Counted from the whole stretch's first letter, positions 24,802-39,476 are shown. The stretch: 63,915 bases of DNA, filler included, from Octopus bimaculoides (GCF_001194135.2; 7 parts of 7 records of this genome joined end to end with filler, not necessarily neighbours in it); one strand, 5' to 3'. The notes: generated by a model not told the origin, from the sequence alone. Numbers and translations are program-made.

Positions 24802-27800
24802 GATCCTGCCAATAACATAAGAGTACATTATATATGCTTGTGTGTACATGCGTACATATATATAAACACATACGTAGCTGTACATACAAACTTATGTATG
24901 TGTGTATGTGTGTGTGTGTGAGTGTGCATGTGCGCGGGCGTGTAATTGTATGTACATTTGTGTGCATACACACATACACATACACATACATACATACATA
25001 CATACATACATCCATACATACATACATGTGCGCATGTTTTGCGTTCATTTGCTATTGATACCAAAATCGATCGGATCGATCAGTGTTGTGTTCTGTGTAT
25101 TTTGGGCAATTGACCCAACTCACAGTAATCGATGGCAGGTTCAGAGAGTGGAGGCGGTGCAGTGGGGGTGAATGGGTGGGTGTGGAGGAGGAGGAGGAGG
25201 AAGTACACATGCACTAACAACAAACTACTTTTGCATGGTTTATGGGGCCATGTCGTACTCAGAGGTTCACGATGGAAGATCTTTTTTTTTACCCTATTTT
25301 TCTCCCAGATCTGGGCTTCTCATCAACCATTTCGGGTTTCCGATAATTGTATATCTTTCATATTTTATTTTTTATCTTTTATCTTTTACTTGTTTCAGTC
25401 ATTGGACTGCGGCCATACCGGAACACCACCTCGATCCAGGTCTTCTGCTTCTTCTTCTTCTTCTTATTATTATTTTCTTTGCACAGCTTCTGTCGCTGGA
25501 GATGTTCTATAGCGCTAGCAGTTCACTACCAGCGAACTAAGGTCGATGGAAGGGGAGATAACAGTGACCTGGCTGAACTGGGGTGCGCTATCGCGCACAC
25601 GAGTGTGTTAGGATGGTGTGAGTGTATGTGAGGATGATGTGTGTGGGTGCGAGCGCGTGTGTATGTTATGTTTGGCTGAGCATAAGATTATGTGAGCCTG
25701 TGTGAGCGTATGGAAGCGTGTGTGTCTCTGTGTATAAGCCAACAACTACGTGTGGAGTGATGTATGTTCTGCGTATTTATATGTGTGTGTGTGTGGGGGG
25801 GGTTGTATGTATGTATATACCTCCATATGCGTGTGTTGGAATGTCACCAAACATATACAAAATACAAGATAGGCGATAACACTTGGTCTCACGAGAAAAG
25901 ATGTACCTCATCTCATCACCCCCCCCTCTCCTCACACCCTCTTCACACCCCCTTCTCACATCCTCTCCTCACACTTCCCTTCGTCACTTCCTGTTGTCGT
26001 TGCTGCTGTTGTTATCATCATCATTATNNNNNNNNNNNNNNNNNNNNNNNNNNNNNNNNNNNNNNNNNNNNNNNNNNNNNNNNNNNNNNNNNNNNNNNNN
26101 NNNNNNNNNNNNNNNNNNNNNNNNNNNNNNNNNNNNNNNNNNNNNNNNNNNNNNNNNNNNNNNNNNNNNNNNNNNNNNNNNNNNNNNNNNNNNNNNNNNN
26201 NNNNNNNNNNNNNNNNNNNNNNNNNNNNNNNNNNNNNNNNNNNNNNNNNNNNNNNNNNNNNNNNNNNNNNNNNNNNNNNNNNNNNNNNNNNNNNNNNNNN
26301 NNNNNNNNNNNNNNNNNNNNNNNNNNNNNNNNNNNNNNNNNNNNNNNNNNNNNNNNNNNNNNNNNNNNNNNNNNNNNNNNNNNNNNNNNNNNNNNNNNNN
26401 NNNNNNNNNNNNNNNNNNNNNNNNNNNNNNNNNNNNNNNNNNNNNNNNNNNNNNNNNNNNNNNNNNNNNNNNNNNNNNNNNNNNNNNNNNNNNNNNNNNN
26501 NNNNNNNNNNNNNNNNNNNNNNNNNNNNNNNNNNNNNNNNNNNNNNNNNNNNNNNNNNNNNNNNNNNNNNNNNNNNNNNNNNNNNNNNNNNNNNNNNNNN
26601 NNNNNNNNNNNNNNNNNNNNNCTCCAGTCACTCTACCATCACTACAATTAGCTTATTCAGAAGATACGATCGACAATGCCTTGAAAATCAACAGACCCCG
26701 AAGACTTATTATTGCTGTACAGAGAAGACATAGAATAACAGCCATGTCTTTATATAGGTATTTTCAATAAAATAAAAATCGGAAGAAGTGTGAGTGTGTG
26801 TGTGTGTGGGGGGGGTTATAATATCGGTATGGACCCAGATGTGGGGTGCAGAACACATTTCCTACATGGAAAATGATAAATTGGTTTGTGTTTACCGTGT
26901 TTGTGTCACATTTGAATAACGCGAATAACGCACGCTTGTGTTTGTGTGTGCGCGCGTACGTATTTGTTCGTGTGCGTGTGGTCTGTTTGTAACATTGACA
27001 TGTATGCGTGCACGTCTGCTGGCGTGAGTGTCCGTGCATATAAATGTGTGAATATGAAAGAGACGGGAGAGGTAAAGATAAAGACGTAGAGAGAGGAAGA
27101 AGGAGAGAAAGGGAGGGAGAGGGAGAGGGAGAGGTGTCATTACGGCGTATGAAATGACAACTGGAAACAAGATGTCACTTAAAAACAGCAAACTTAAACC
27201 TTTTATCACCGTTTCACAATTTCCCCTCCATCCCACTCTTCCCCCATTCTGTTTCTTTTTTCTATCACACACGCACACACAAATACACACAAACACACAC
27301 ATGCAAACATACTCACGCACTCACATACACTGCTTGATGCAGTTTGACTCGTTTATAAGTTGACGACGACATCCGAGCGNNNNNNNNNNNNNNNNNNNNN
27401 NNNNNNNNNNNNNNNNNNNNNNNNNNNNNNNNNNNNNNNNNNNNNNNNNNNNNNNNNNNNNNNNNNNNNNNNNNNNNNNNNNNNNNNNNNNNNNNNNNNN
27501 NNNNNNNNNNNNNNNNNNNNNNNNNNNNNNNNNNNNNNNNNNNNNNNNNNNNNNNNNNNNNNNNNNNNNNNNNNNNNNNNNNNNNNNNNNNNNNNNNNNN
27601 NNNNNNNNNNNNNNNNNNNNNNNNNNNNNNNNNNNNNNNNNNNNNNNNNNNNNNNNNNNNNNNNNNNNNNNNNNNNNNNNNNNNNNNNNNNNNNNNNNNN
27701 NNNNNNNNNNNNNNNNNCATACATTCGCACACAAACATACATATGAACTGTGTGTGACCTCTAGCCTCCCCTGCCCCCACCTCAATGGCCTGTGACATTC

Positions 27801-28700
27801 AAGCTAGCAGACGATAGCTGCAGTTGGACGTCTTCAGTCAACAAACAATTGATTTAATATGTATTCTCAGTTGAAAAAGACAAAAACTTCCAAAGTACTC
27901 ATATAAATTATCAATAAAAACTGTATCTCTTTTCCAATTCCATCGAATAAAAGACATTCGACAACGACCAAATGTCATCCGCACGGTTTTGTTCAACCCA
28001 AAGATTTCATGAAAGATATTGTTTAATACTGTATACTCGTACTCGTAGTTTTAAATCTAAAAAATGTGCCATCTTCAATAGAATTTCGTAATTTGTCGTA
28101 CATGTATATTTTAGCTAACATTTTAACTACCAGCATCAGTATTCGGTATGCATTTAAGATATGGTACGGTAGGGTAGGGTATTAAGATATCTTAAATGAG
28201 GAAGGTAGTCGATGCGGAAGGAAAATTGATAAAGTGGGGGTGGATGCGGAAGGAGAAACGGCTAAAAGGGTGGGGTCGATGGTCGAAAATGTTTGGCGAC
28301 CCCTCATTTAGAATTAATAAATATGAAGCTATAAGAAAAAACAGTCAAATTCGAGGAACGAGTAAAATAAATTGATAAATGAATATCAGATGAAGCACAA
28401 TATCACACACACACCCTTATGATATCATAGACTTTTACCGAAAGATTGCCGGTGGTGGTGGTCTTGTGTGTCAGCGTGAGAAAATATGAATATTTTAAAC
28501 CACCCCTACAACAACTTCCATCATCCCGTATTTCCGATCAGTTACACCTCTATCCTTTCCTCTGCCAATCCCAACACTTCCGCGTAACAACCAGCTTATT
28601 TGCTTACACAAATATATATATATATTATACATACCCGACTAATCACCCTGTATACATACATACATACATACATATATATATATCAACATACACACGCGCG

Positions 28701-28739
<39 letters not shown>

Positions 28740-29699
28740 ACACACATACACACACACACATACACACACACACACACACACGCACATATGTTTTCGTCTT
28801 TGGCAATCCCACTATTTCCGATTTAACCATTGCAAGTTTAGTTGTCTTGTGGTGAATTTTTCTCACCAATCCTTAGTTGGCAGTTCTTTGTATAAATATA
28901 TATATATATATATATACACATATATATATATACATATATATATATGTGTGTGTGTGTGTATTTGTATATATGTTTATATATATATTTGTAAACATATATA
29001 CATAGACAGATTATATTTATATTTATTTATTTATATATACTGTACGGTGCACAGATATAAGCACACGCCTACACGCTCGCGCACGCACAAACAGAGGCAT
29101 AAATATGCAAACACATACCCAGACACACGCACACTAGTGCAGAATCGCGTATCCTAACACCCATATCCACCTACACGCACACACACACACATGTACACAC
29201 TCATATATATACACACACGCATACGCACATACACATATACACACACACACATACACATACATACGTACATACATATATACATACACACATGTACACATTC
29301 GCATATGTACACAGACACATATGAACACACACATACGCACACACACCTGAGTTTTTATGATTCACCGCACCATCTGTACGCGGTCTCTCGACCTGCTGGA
29401 AGTGGCAGTCAAATTTCACTCCTAAATCACACGCAATCATTTTGAATAGGAAGGACACATTATCCTATATATATTACGTCCAATATATATTACGTCTAAA
29501 AATAAGGCGAGACGGTCATGGTTGAATCGACGTTGATCATAAGTTGCCCAATCAAAGCAACAGGGACCCTTTAAACGGCTGTTCGACTAGCTAGAAATTC
29601 CAATTAGATCTACTGTAAATCACACACTAGCCTTCTTAGAACAGGAAGGACACACATACACACACACACACACATGTACATTAATGTGTCACATTGAGC

Positions 29700-29880
29700 G
29701 GGGTTTGGCGGGAGCGTTACAGCGGTGGTTAAAATGCCTTGCGGTATTTGTTCTGTGACTCTGTGGTCTGAGTTGAAATCCTGTCGAAGTCTCTATTGCA
29801 TTTTATCCTTTCTGGGGGTAGGTCAAAAAATAAACTACGAACCAAGTACCGAGGTCATCTCTTCTCCCCCTTTACTCCCC
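29700..29880 (+). mobile_element. Degenerate SINE family C
   Basis: TCTGAGTTGAAATCCTGTCGAAGTC...TTTTATCCTTTCTGGGGTAGG. Confidence 0.6.
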
Positions 29881-29885
29881 CATCT

Positions 29886-29925
<40 letters not shown>

Positions 29926-31309
29926 NNNNNNNNNNNNNNNNNNNNNNNNNNNNNNNNNNNNNNNNNNNNNNNNNNNNNNNNNNNNNNNNNNNNNNNNNNN
30001 NNNNNNNNNNNNNNNNNNNNNNNNNNNNNNNNNNNNNNNNNNNNNNNNNNNNNNNNNNNNNNNNNNNNNNNNNNNNNNNNNNNNNNNNNNNNNNNNNNNN
30101 NNNNNNNNNNNNNNNNNNNNNNNNNNNNNNNNNNNNNNNNNNNNNNNNNNNNNNNNNNNNNNNNNNNNNNNNNNNNNNNNNNNNNNNNNNNNNNNNNNNN
30201 NNNNNNNNNNNNNNNNNNNNNNNNNNNNNNNNNNNNNNNNNNNNNNNNNNNNNNNNNNNNNNNNNNNNNNNNNNNNNNNNNNNNNNNNNNNNNNNNNNNN
30301 NNNNNNNNNNNNNNNNNNNNNNNNNNNNNNNNNNNNNNNNNNNNNNNNNNNNNNNNNNNNNNNNNNNNNNNNNNNNNNNNNNNNNNNNNNNNNNNNNNNN
30401 NNNNNNNNNNNNNNNNNNNNNNNNNNNNNNNNNNNNNNNNNNNNNNNNNNNNNNNNNNNNNNNNNNNNNNNNNNNNNNNNNNNNNNNNNNNNNNNNNNNN
30501 NNNNNNNNNNNNNNNNNNNNNNNNNNNNNNNNNNNNNNNNNNNNNNNNNNNNNNNNNNNNNNNNNNNNNNNNNNNNNNNNNNNNNNNNNNNNNNNNNNNN
30601 NNNNNNNNTATATATATATATACATATATATATATCACCGCCACCATCACCACCACCACCACCACTGCCTCCATCACGATCACAACCACTTCCACCATCA
30701 CCACCCGGTATAAAATGTATCGACTTGAAGTTGGTGACTGAAGACAGTGCAATGGGCGTTTGGAGCGTTTGATGAGAGAAGGAACCACAAGCTGTCACAG
30801 AGGTTCTTTGTTTGTGTGACAAATCGACAGAATCGTTAGAACATCAAATAGAATGTTTCATGGTAAATATCTGAACAATTATCTGAGTTCAAATTCTGTC
30901 CAGGGCAACATTGCCATTCATCCATTTAGGGTCGATAAAAAATGAGTATCAATACAAGGTGACAGATTGGTGGTACAATTGTAAGAAAATCAGACCAGAT
31001 GCCTTCTAGTATTTTCTTTTCTTTTGAGTTCATATCCAACCATGGCCTACATGGGTAATAGACTTAACCTGTTACCTGGTTTAACACTTCTACCTGGGAC
31101 CTGGGTACTTTTAGTGCTGTCCACTCTGTTGCAAGCTTCCAGGTTAGGTTTTTGGATTTGAAGCTACTGCTTCTCTCTAAGGTGATGGATATTCACAAGA
31201 GGCCGATGGAGTTCCAGTTTATTTCTCTTTGCTCCAGTCCACTCAGCTGGCAAAAGGCCTACCTTGTCACATTATGTGTCATTCAAAAGGGCCTACCTTG
31301 TCACATTCT

Positions 31310-31450
31310 ATATCATGCTGAATTTCCTTGAGAACTACATTAAGGGTGTTTATGGAGTACTCAGCCACTTGCACATTAATTCACGTGAAAGCAGTTCTGG
31401 TGATCAGATCAACTGGAACCCTCATCGTTGTAACCAACCGAATGCCAGTG
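31310..31450 (+). mobile_element. SINE family A body fragment
   Basis: GGAGTACTCAGCCACTTGCACATTAATTCACG is approximately the reverse complement of 49072-49105. Confidence 0.65.
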
Positions 31451-31558
31451 TGTACGAATTGGCAATATACATTGGTGAGAAAACTGCCAAAAGACCAGTG
31501 CTTTGAAATGTAAATCCTCAGTGATAATTGTTCCTCCCGAGTTACCTCAGACACTCCC

Positions 31559-31627
<69 letters not shown>

Positions 31628-32277
31628 CCTGTAGCCATTGTAAATGTAATGGACCAGGGATTGGCCCATTAAAAATCCGTAAACAATGGTGCTATTGATC
31701 ACATATGCATAAAAAAGGTAAAAACAAAAACCTACAAACAGACAAACAAACAATGAGAACAGCAATTTGAAGCAATTTAACAAACAGGTTTTGACATTAA
31801 CCACGCAAATATTTAAATATTTGTTGTTTTACTTCCATTTTCTTTCATAAAAGTTTCTAAGAAAAATAATCCGTATTCAATTGTACAGAGATCTAACAAG
31901 ACACAAAACTTTGTTTTTAAGAAGTTGAAAGCTAATAAGGTCATAAGGTCAACGTTCAAATTAATGTGAAGCAGAGTTAGCTTTAAGACTTTGTATTGAG
32001 ATAGGTGTAAATATGGTGCCAGAAACACTTCAAGTGAAATGCTTGAAGTGTACGCTCTTGTAAAAGACAGAAGAGAAGAAAGCAGGAAAAGCACACTTGA
32101 ACTGGTTAATTAAACGAAGAACAGCAAATTAATAGCTGTTCTCTCATCCTCGATTGTTCATTCTTTCTCTCTTCTTTTACTTTACCACTTAACATCACCA
32201 ATGTCAAAGGGTTAAAGGAGATACAATTACAAAATTGAGATCTGATCATGAAGTTTCAAATACTTCCTTGGAAGAAT

Positions 32278-32317
<40 letters not shown>

Positions 32318-32324
32318 CCACCAC

Positions 32325-32379
<55 letters not shown>

Positions 32380-32510
32380 GATTAACACCCGTTTTCTATG
32401 CTGGTATGGGTTGGACGGTTTGACTGAGGTCCGGAGAGCCAGCGACTGCACCGGGCTCCAATCTGGTCTGGCAGAGTTTCTACAGCTGAATGCCCTTCCT
32501 AATGCCAACC
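32278..32510 (-). mobile_element. RTE LINE 3' end with about 100-bp (CAT)n tail
   Basis: (CAT)n then CGATTAACACCCGTTTTCTATGCTGGTATGGGTTGGACGG..., reverse complement of the 3' terminus of the LINE at 46105-47290. Confidence 0.85.
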
Positions 32511-33372
32511 NNNNNNNNNNNNNNNNNNNNNNNNNNNNNNNNNNNNNNNNNNNNNNNNNNNNNNNNNNNNNNNNNNNNNNNNNNNNNNNNNNNNNNNNNN
32601 NNNNNNNNNNNNNNNNNNNNNNNNNNNNNNNNNNNNNNNNNNNNNNNNNNNNNNNNNNNNNNNNNNNNNNNNNNNNNNNNNNNNNNNNNNNNNNNNNNNN
32701 NNNNNNNNNNNNNNNNNNNNNNNNNNNNNNNNNNNNNNNNNNNNNNNNNNNNNNNNNNNNNNNNNNNNNNNNNNNNNNNNNNNNNNNNNNNNNNNNNNNN
32801 NNNNNNNNNNNNNNNNNNNNNNNNNNNNNNNNNNNNNNNNNNNNNNNNNNNNNNNNNNNNNNNNNNNNNNNNNNNNNNNNNNNNNNNNNNNNNNNNNNNN
32901 NNNNNNNNNNNNNNNNNNNNNNNNNNNNNNNNNNNNNNNNNNNNNNNNNNNNNNNNNNNNNNNNNNNNNNNNNNNNNNNNNNNNNNNNNNNNNNNNNNNN
33001 NNNNNNNNNNNNNNNNNNNNNNNNNNNNNNNNNNNNNNNNNNNNNNNNNNNNNNNNNNNNNNNNNNNNNNNNNNNNNNNNNNNNNNNNNNNNNNNNNNNN
33101 NNNNNNNNNNNNNNNNNNNNNNNNNNNNNNNNNNNNNNNNNNNNNNNNNNNNNNNNNNNNNNNNNNNNNNNNNNNNNNNNNNNNNNNNNNNNNNNNNNNN
33201 NNNNNNNNNNNNNNNNNNNNNNNNNNNNNNNNNNNNNNNNNNNNNNNNNNNNNNNNNNNNNNNNGTTTCTGCATGTGTGTGTGTGTGTGTGTGTGAAAGT
33301 GAGAATGGGAGATAGAAGAAATGAAAGAAGAAAAAGAAAAAGAAAAAGAAGAGGAAGAAGAAGAAGAAGAAG

Positions 33373-33403
<31 letters not shown>

Positions 33404-33776
33404 GCAGCAGCAGCAGCAGCAGTAGCAGCAATAGCAGATAATGATACTGAAAGTAATGAGAACATACAAATGCTGCTGTTACTGTTGTCGTTCATGTTGT
33501 TGTTGTTGTTGTTTGTTGTTGTTGTTTGTTGTTGTTGTTTGTTGCTGTTTGTTGCTGCTACTGCAGTTGTTGTTGTTGTTGTTGTTAGTGCTAGCATATA
33601 TTAAACTGACTGACTCATTCCAACGAGATGTTCCCCCCTCTAATTTTCCCCTCATCAACCAGCCGATTATCATCGTGGCTATTTAGGGTGAAAGAACTGC
33701 ACCAGAATAGTCTAAGATTGGACTGGTTGCTAAGAATGGCAATTCCTCTGACACACACTTCACAGCTTTCAGTTAA

Positions 33777-33968
33777 TCCCTTCGATACCAACCCACCTGA
33801 AACCGCCTCTGACCCTCTGCTACAAATGTCTTTTCAAACCTCAGTCACAATTTATGTTTCTAACACTAGCTTAATGATAACGAAGTTATTTTACTAAATT
33901 CTTTGTTATATTTAAAATTAATTGAAAGAAGCACAGAGCATCTCAACAGGAATATGGTAACGAAACGG
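33777..33968. mobile_element. piggyBac-like MITE (TTAA target site)
   Basis: TTAA at 33773-33776 and 33969-33972; ends TCCCTTCGATACC / GGTAACGAAACGG (10/13 complementary). Confidence 0.6.
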
Positions 33969-34733
33969 TTAAGAGTAAATGAAATTATTTAGATTTTGTG
34001 CCTGAAGGTCTACTGACCAAATATGATCTCAAATAACCAACCACAAACCAACTGACCCCACTATACTGTGTAGTTGACAAAATCAAAACCATTCAATCAC
34101 CATGCACGAAATTAAAAATATAAAACGGCAACAATTTACCCATTGCACCCTGTATACCTATGTCTGTGTGTGTGTATGTGTGTGTGTGTGTATGTGTGTG
34201 TGTGTGTGTATTTACAGTGTGTATATACACACACAGACACACACACATATGGTCTGCATATGTATTTTACATATATTGGTGTAGGTATATATTGTATCAG
34301 GTTGCGTGTACAGTACAAATATGACTATTTAGGTTCAATTCTTGCACACACACATATGAATGTGTGAGTATGTATGCGCGTGTGTGTGTGAGTGTGTATG
34401 CGCATGTGTGTGTGAATGTGTATGTGTGTGTGTGTGTGTGTTTGTGCATAAAGCAGAAACTCATTGTGAGTCTACACTTAAAAAAAAAAACAAAAAACAA
34501 CAACCCAGAAATCGATGCGTTGATTCAACACCACAACACTCAAATACATTCAAGTTATGGAAACAGTATGATGGCGCTGTTACACAATCCGACAAGGCCC
34601 CGCGATCAATAAGGCAACATTGTAGGTTTGAGCTGTTATTATTGTTGTTGTCATTATTATTATCATCATCACCATCATTATCATTGTTGTTGTTGTCTTC
34701 ATTCTTTTTCTTCTTAACTACTACTACTACCAC

Positions 34734-34783
<50 letters not shown>

Positions 34784-34788
34784 ATAGT

Positions 34789-34820
<32 letters not shown>

Positions 34821-34880
34821 TAGTACATTAGAAAGGATTATTATTACTATTATCGTTATTATCAATGTTGTTGCTGCTAC

Positions 34881-34950
<70 letters not shown>

Positions 34951-34988
34951 ATCATCATTATTCTGTTCCACTGTACTTTCATTGACCG

Positions 34989-35022
<34 letters not shown>

Positions 35023-35173
35023 NNNNNNNNNNNNNNNNNNNNNNNNNNNNNNNNNNNNNNNNNNNNNNNNNNNNNNNNNNNNNNNNNNNNNNNNNNNNNN
35101 NNNNNNNNNNNNNNNNNNNNNNNNNNNNNNNNNNNNNNNNNNNNNNNNNNNNNNNNNNNNNNNNNNNNNNNNN

Positions 35174-35206
<33 letters not shown>

Positions 35207-35542
35207 ATAAAATAAACACAGAATGAGAGAATGGAGAGACAGGGAGAGACAAAGAAAGAGAGAGAGAGAGACAAAGAGAGAGAGAGGGGGGAGAGTAGTG
35301 TTAGGAGGGGTGAGATTAAACAGTGATACAAATCGATGGAGCAACAAGCAACACAAAAACAAACATCTGAAACTGAATGGAGTTTGCTTGTTTGCTCGCA
35401 TCCCCCACCCACCTGGCCTCTTGCGAATATCCATCACCTTAATTAACTCAGATTTAACCTGGAGCCGAGCGAAAAAGAAAAGAGAAACAGAAAATGAAAG
35501 TAGGTTTTTAACGTAATCAGATGGATTTGCTAATAACAGACG

Positions 35543-35698
35543 CAGGTGTGGCTGTGTGGTAAGAAGCTTGCTTCCCGTCTACATGGTTCTGGGTTCAGTC
35601 CCACTGCGTGGAGTCACGGGAAAGTGTCGTCTACTATTGCCCTGGGCTGACCAATACTTTGTGAATAGATTTGGTAGATGGAAACTGAAAGAAGCCCA

Positions 35699-35743
<45 letters not shown>

Positions 35744-35744
35744 C

Positions 35745-35789
<45 letters not shown>

Positions 35790-35920
35790 ATATCAATAAT
35801 AATAATAATAATCCTTTCTACCGGAGACACAAGGCCTGAAATTTGGAGGAAGGGTTAAGTTTATTACATCGATGCCAATACGTAGCTGGTACTTACTTAA
35901 TCAACACTGAATGGATGTAA
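35543..35920. mobile_element. SINE B head/body (+) followed by partial SINE C (-)
   Basis: GCAGGTGTGGCTGTGTGGTAAGAAGCTTGC...GGAAACTGAAAGAAGCCC, then (TG)n/(TA)n, then AATCCTTTCTACCGGAGACACAAGGCCTGAAATTT. Confidence 0.75.
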
Positions 35921-37261
35921 GGTAAAGGATAGATTGATGATAATGGTGGTGGTGGTGGTGATGATGACGATCGTGATGATGGTGATGGTGATGGCGATGA
36001 TGACGATGATGATGGTGATGATGATGCCGATAATGATGACAATGACAAAGGTAATGTTGACGATGATGATGATGGTGATGGTTTATTTTATGGTCTGTAG
36101 TAAATATCTGTTATTGATCCGATCCTGTCACGGCCGATATTATTGACCACTTTTCTATTGTCATCTTTCGAGGACCAATAATCACAGATCAATAAAACAC
36201 TTTCACATTTTCTTTCCTTCTTTCTCCACCTTTCAAAGGAGAGAAATAAATTAAAGGAAATTAAATCTCGTCGTCATTATTATAATTCTTAATTACAATT
36301 ATGATTAGTAGTAGTAGTAGTAGTAGTNNNNNNNNNNNNNNNNNNNNNNNNNNNNNNNNNNNNNNNNNNNNNNNNNNNNNNNNNNNNNNNNNNNNNNNNN
36401 NNNNNNNNNNNNNNNNNNNNNNNNNNNNNNNNNNNNNNNNNNNNNNNNNNNNNNNNNNNNNNNNNNNNNNNNNNNNNNNNNNNNNNNNNNNNNNNNNNNN
36501 NNNNNNNNNNNNNNNNNNNNNNNNNNNNNNNNNNNNNNNNNNNNNNNNNNNNNNNNNNNNNNNNNNNNNNNNNNNNNNNNNNNNNNNNNNNNNNNNNNNN
36601 NNNNNNNNNNNNNNNNNNNNNNNNNNNNNNNNNNNNNNNNNNNNNNNNNNNNNNNNNNNNNNNNNNNNNNNNNNNNNNNNNNNNNNNNNNNNNNNNNNNN
36701 NNNNNNNNNNNNNNNNNNNNNNNNNNNNNNNNNNNNNNNNNNNNNNNNNNNNNNNNNNNNNNNNNNNNNNNNNNNNNNNNNNNNNNNNNNNNNTATATAT
36801 ATATATATATATATATATATTCATGTATGTATGCATGCATGTATGTCATTGTTCAGTTTTATTTCAAGATTTCTTGCCAATAGAGAAAGAGCCGGTTTCT
36901 AACCTAGATTCAAGGCTCCTTGAATGTATGTATGTATGTATGTATGTGCATACAAACTCACTGTAAAATAACCATGGTGTTTATTTCATATATTACAAAA
37001 CGTCAATAACGATATACAATTATATAGCTAACCCTTCGTTCAGGGTCGAGGGCAACTTGTCCTTCTCTCTACAGTCTATAAGATATGCACCAACGAGGTT
37101 ATAAGGTCAATTTAATCGACTGAGACCTTCCTCAAAATTTATAGCTTTGTGTATGGGGTTTAGAAATCTGTCGTAAACATGTCCTCCTTTTTCAGTTAAC
37201 CTTCTCTCTCTCTCTCTCTCTCTCTCCCTATCTCTCTCTCTCTCTCTCTCTNNNNNNNNNN

Positions 37262-37299
<38 letters not shown>

Positions 37300-38041
37300 C
37301 CTACACTCCATCTCTATGTCTTTCTCACTCAACGCAAACGTATTATGCACTCATATACACAAGTGTGTACCCTCACACATACCATATATACAATACGAGA
37401 CTTTACCCGTTTCGGTTCATTTATGCTCAGTGTGTCTTTTCGTCCCAACAAAAGGACATTATTTCCTTTCAAAATTCAGTTTCTTTTAACTGTTGCCTCA
37501 CCAAAACTATTATTTGACAGACACTTCTTGGACTTGCTTGTACCTCAGAAAGAAAAAAAGAATGCTCTATATATAATATTGTATGTATATGTGTGTGTAT
37601 AGTCCATTCTCTCGGTCTCTCTCTCTCTTTCTGTCTTTCTTTCTCTCTCTCGTATGTCTTTCGAAAAAGTTTCGGTTCAGTGGTTTTTATAATTCCAACC
37701 TTTATCTAAAACCTATTTCAAGTTCAGTGACTGGAACAATTTCCGACCCCACTACACACACATGAGTGACGCACACCTACAAGTACGTAGGTATGTATAC
37801 ACGAGTCAACTTCCACCAAACACACATACATATGTACGCCTATATTAATATATACAAATATTTACATACATAAATGTGTGTATGTGTGTGTACGTGTGTG
37901 TGTGTGTGTGTGTGTGTACATATGCTCCGTTTTTCCCGAGTGTCAAACACCTGCTTATTGTTTCCTCACCTGTCTTCGTCTTTTGTTTTCTGTAAATATA
38001 TATATATACACACGCATACACACTCATATACACACACACAC

Positions 38042-38072
<31 letters not shown>

Positions 38073-38849
38073 TGTAGCTATGTATGTATGTATGTATGGT
38101 TCAAAAATATTCAAAAAACAGAGATAGATGAAAGAATAACAATCAGGGTGTATTAGTTTAAAGCCCAGGACTCATATTGTCGTTCAATGCTCGAAATGAG
38201 GAGTAGACAGCTGACAACTGATGAAGGGTCGTTCTTTGTGTTACTTGTCCTGTTTTCCATTTGTTTCTCTCATTTGTGTATTGAACTCATTCATTTTTGT
38301 ATTTCATGTCGTTAACTGTTGGTGACGTCCTGTACCCATAAATGCATATATATCAAAGCAATCCAGTTACTCAAATGGAATGCCTTAGTGGTGTCTATTA
38401 TCTTGAAAAAGAGGACAGCCATCACCAACGATGACTTTGATAGTTTTCTTGACTTCCGGTGCATTCTATAAGTTTCTGTGATCACTGTCTTCTGAACTGC
38501 ACAAATATTTCAATCATATTCGGGTGGAAATATTGTTGTTGGCAAATAAAATGTTATATAATGTTTTAAAGGAATTTTGCTTTGTGTGTGTATGTGTGTC
38601 TGGCACTGGGTCGTTCTTTTGCAAAGCAATCATAAAAAAGGTAAAAGTTATGTGAAAAATGTCATTTTGGACTACATGACACACTCTTTGTATGTATGTG
38701 TAACCACATAAAAGTAGATTGTATTGTATACATTTTTGTGTGTATGTATATATGTATATGTAAATATATATATACATATGTATACATGTGTGTGTGTATA
38801 TATACATTTATATATATATATATATATATATAATACATACATATATATA

Positions 38850-38949
38850 NNNNNNNNNNNNNNNNNNNNNNNNNNNNNNNNNNNNNNNNNNNNTTAATTA
38901 ATTAANNNNNNNNNNNNNNNNNNNNNNNNNNNNNNNNNNNNNNNNNNNN
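38850..38949. other. Artificial scaffold linker
   Basis: 44 N + TTAATTAATTAA (38894-38905) + 44 N; separates the TRAF4 segment from the CFAP47 segment. Confidence 0.95.
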
Positions 38950-38970
38950 TATATATATATATATATATAA

Positions 38971-39005
<35 letters not shown>

Positions 39006-39476
39006 TGTATGTATGTATGTATGTATATATATACTATACAAAACCAAGGCAGAACGAATACCTCAAGCCATTTAGAATAATTCACAGTGAATTTTATTCC
39101 TTGTAAACTGTAAATTTTCTCTGTCTAAAATATTCATACCTTGTCTCTGATGATGGAATACTGCATGGAATCAAGTACCCTGACCTCTTAATATACTGCA
39201 AATCCCCTATTTTGGCTCAGAAAAAATAAGGTGGAGGTCCCCCCATCCCGGAATCATTTTTTGTGTTGAATGAATTCCTGTGACCTTCTAATATTGGAAA
39301 ATTAGGTTACTTAAGGTGAGCCTGGAAACAGATGGTTTTGGGGTCTTATTGTTTAACTTTTGGTGAGCCATGGTGTAACCAACAACATGGTAAAAATCCC
39401 TGCCATTAATTCGGTGTGGATGGGTAATATCTAATAATTCAATCACAACATGGATTACATGGAAAATCATGGATTA

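Noticed and set aside
25-38807. Dozens of ORFs rich in LS, RE, HT, CV, YI or poly-S/L/H/N/D, and ORFs running through X
   Set aside because: They are translations of di-, tri- and tetranucleotide microsatellites, or read through N gaps; no coding signal.
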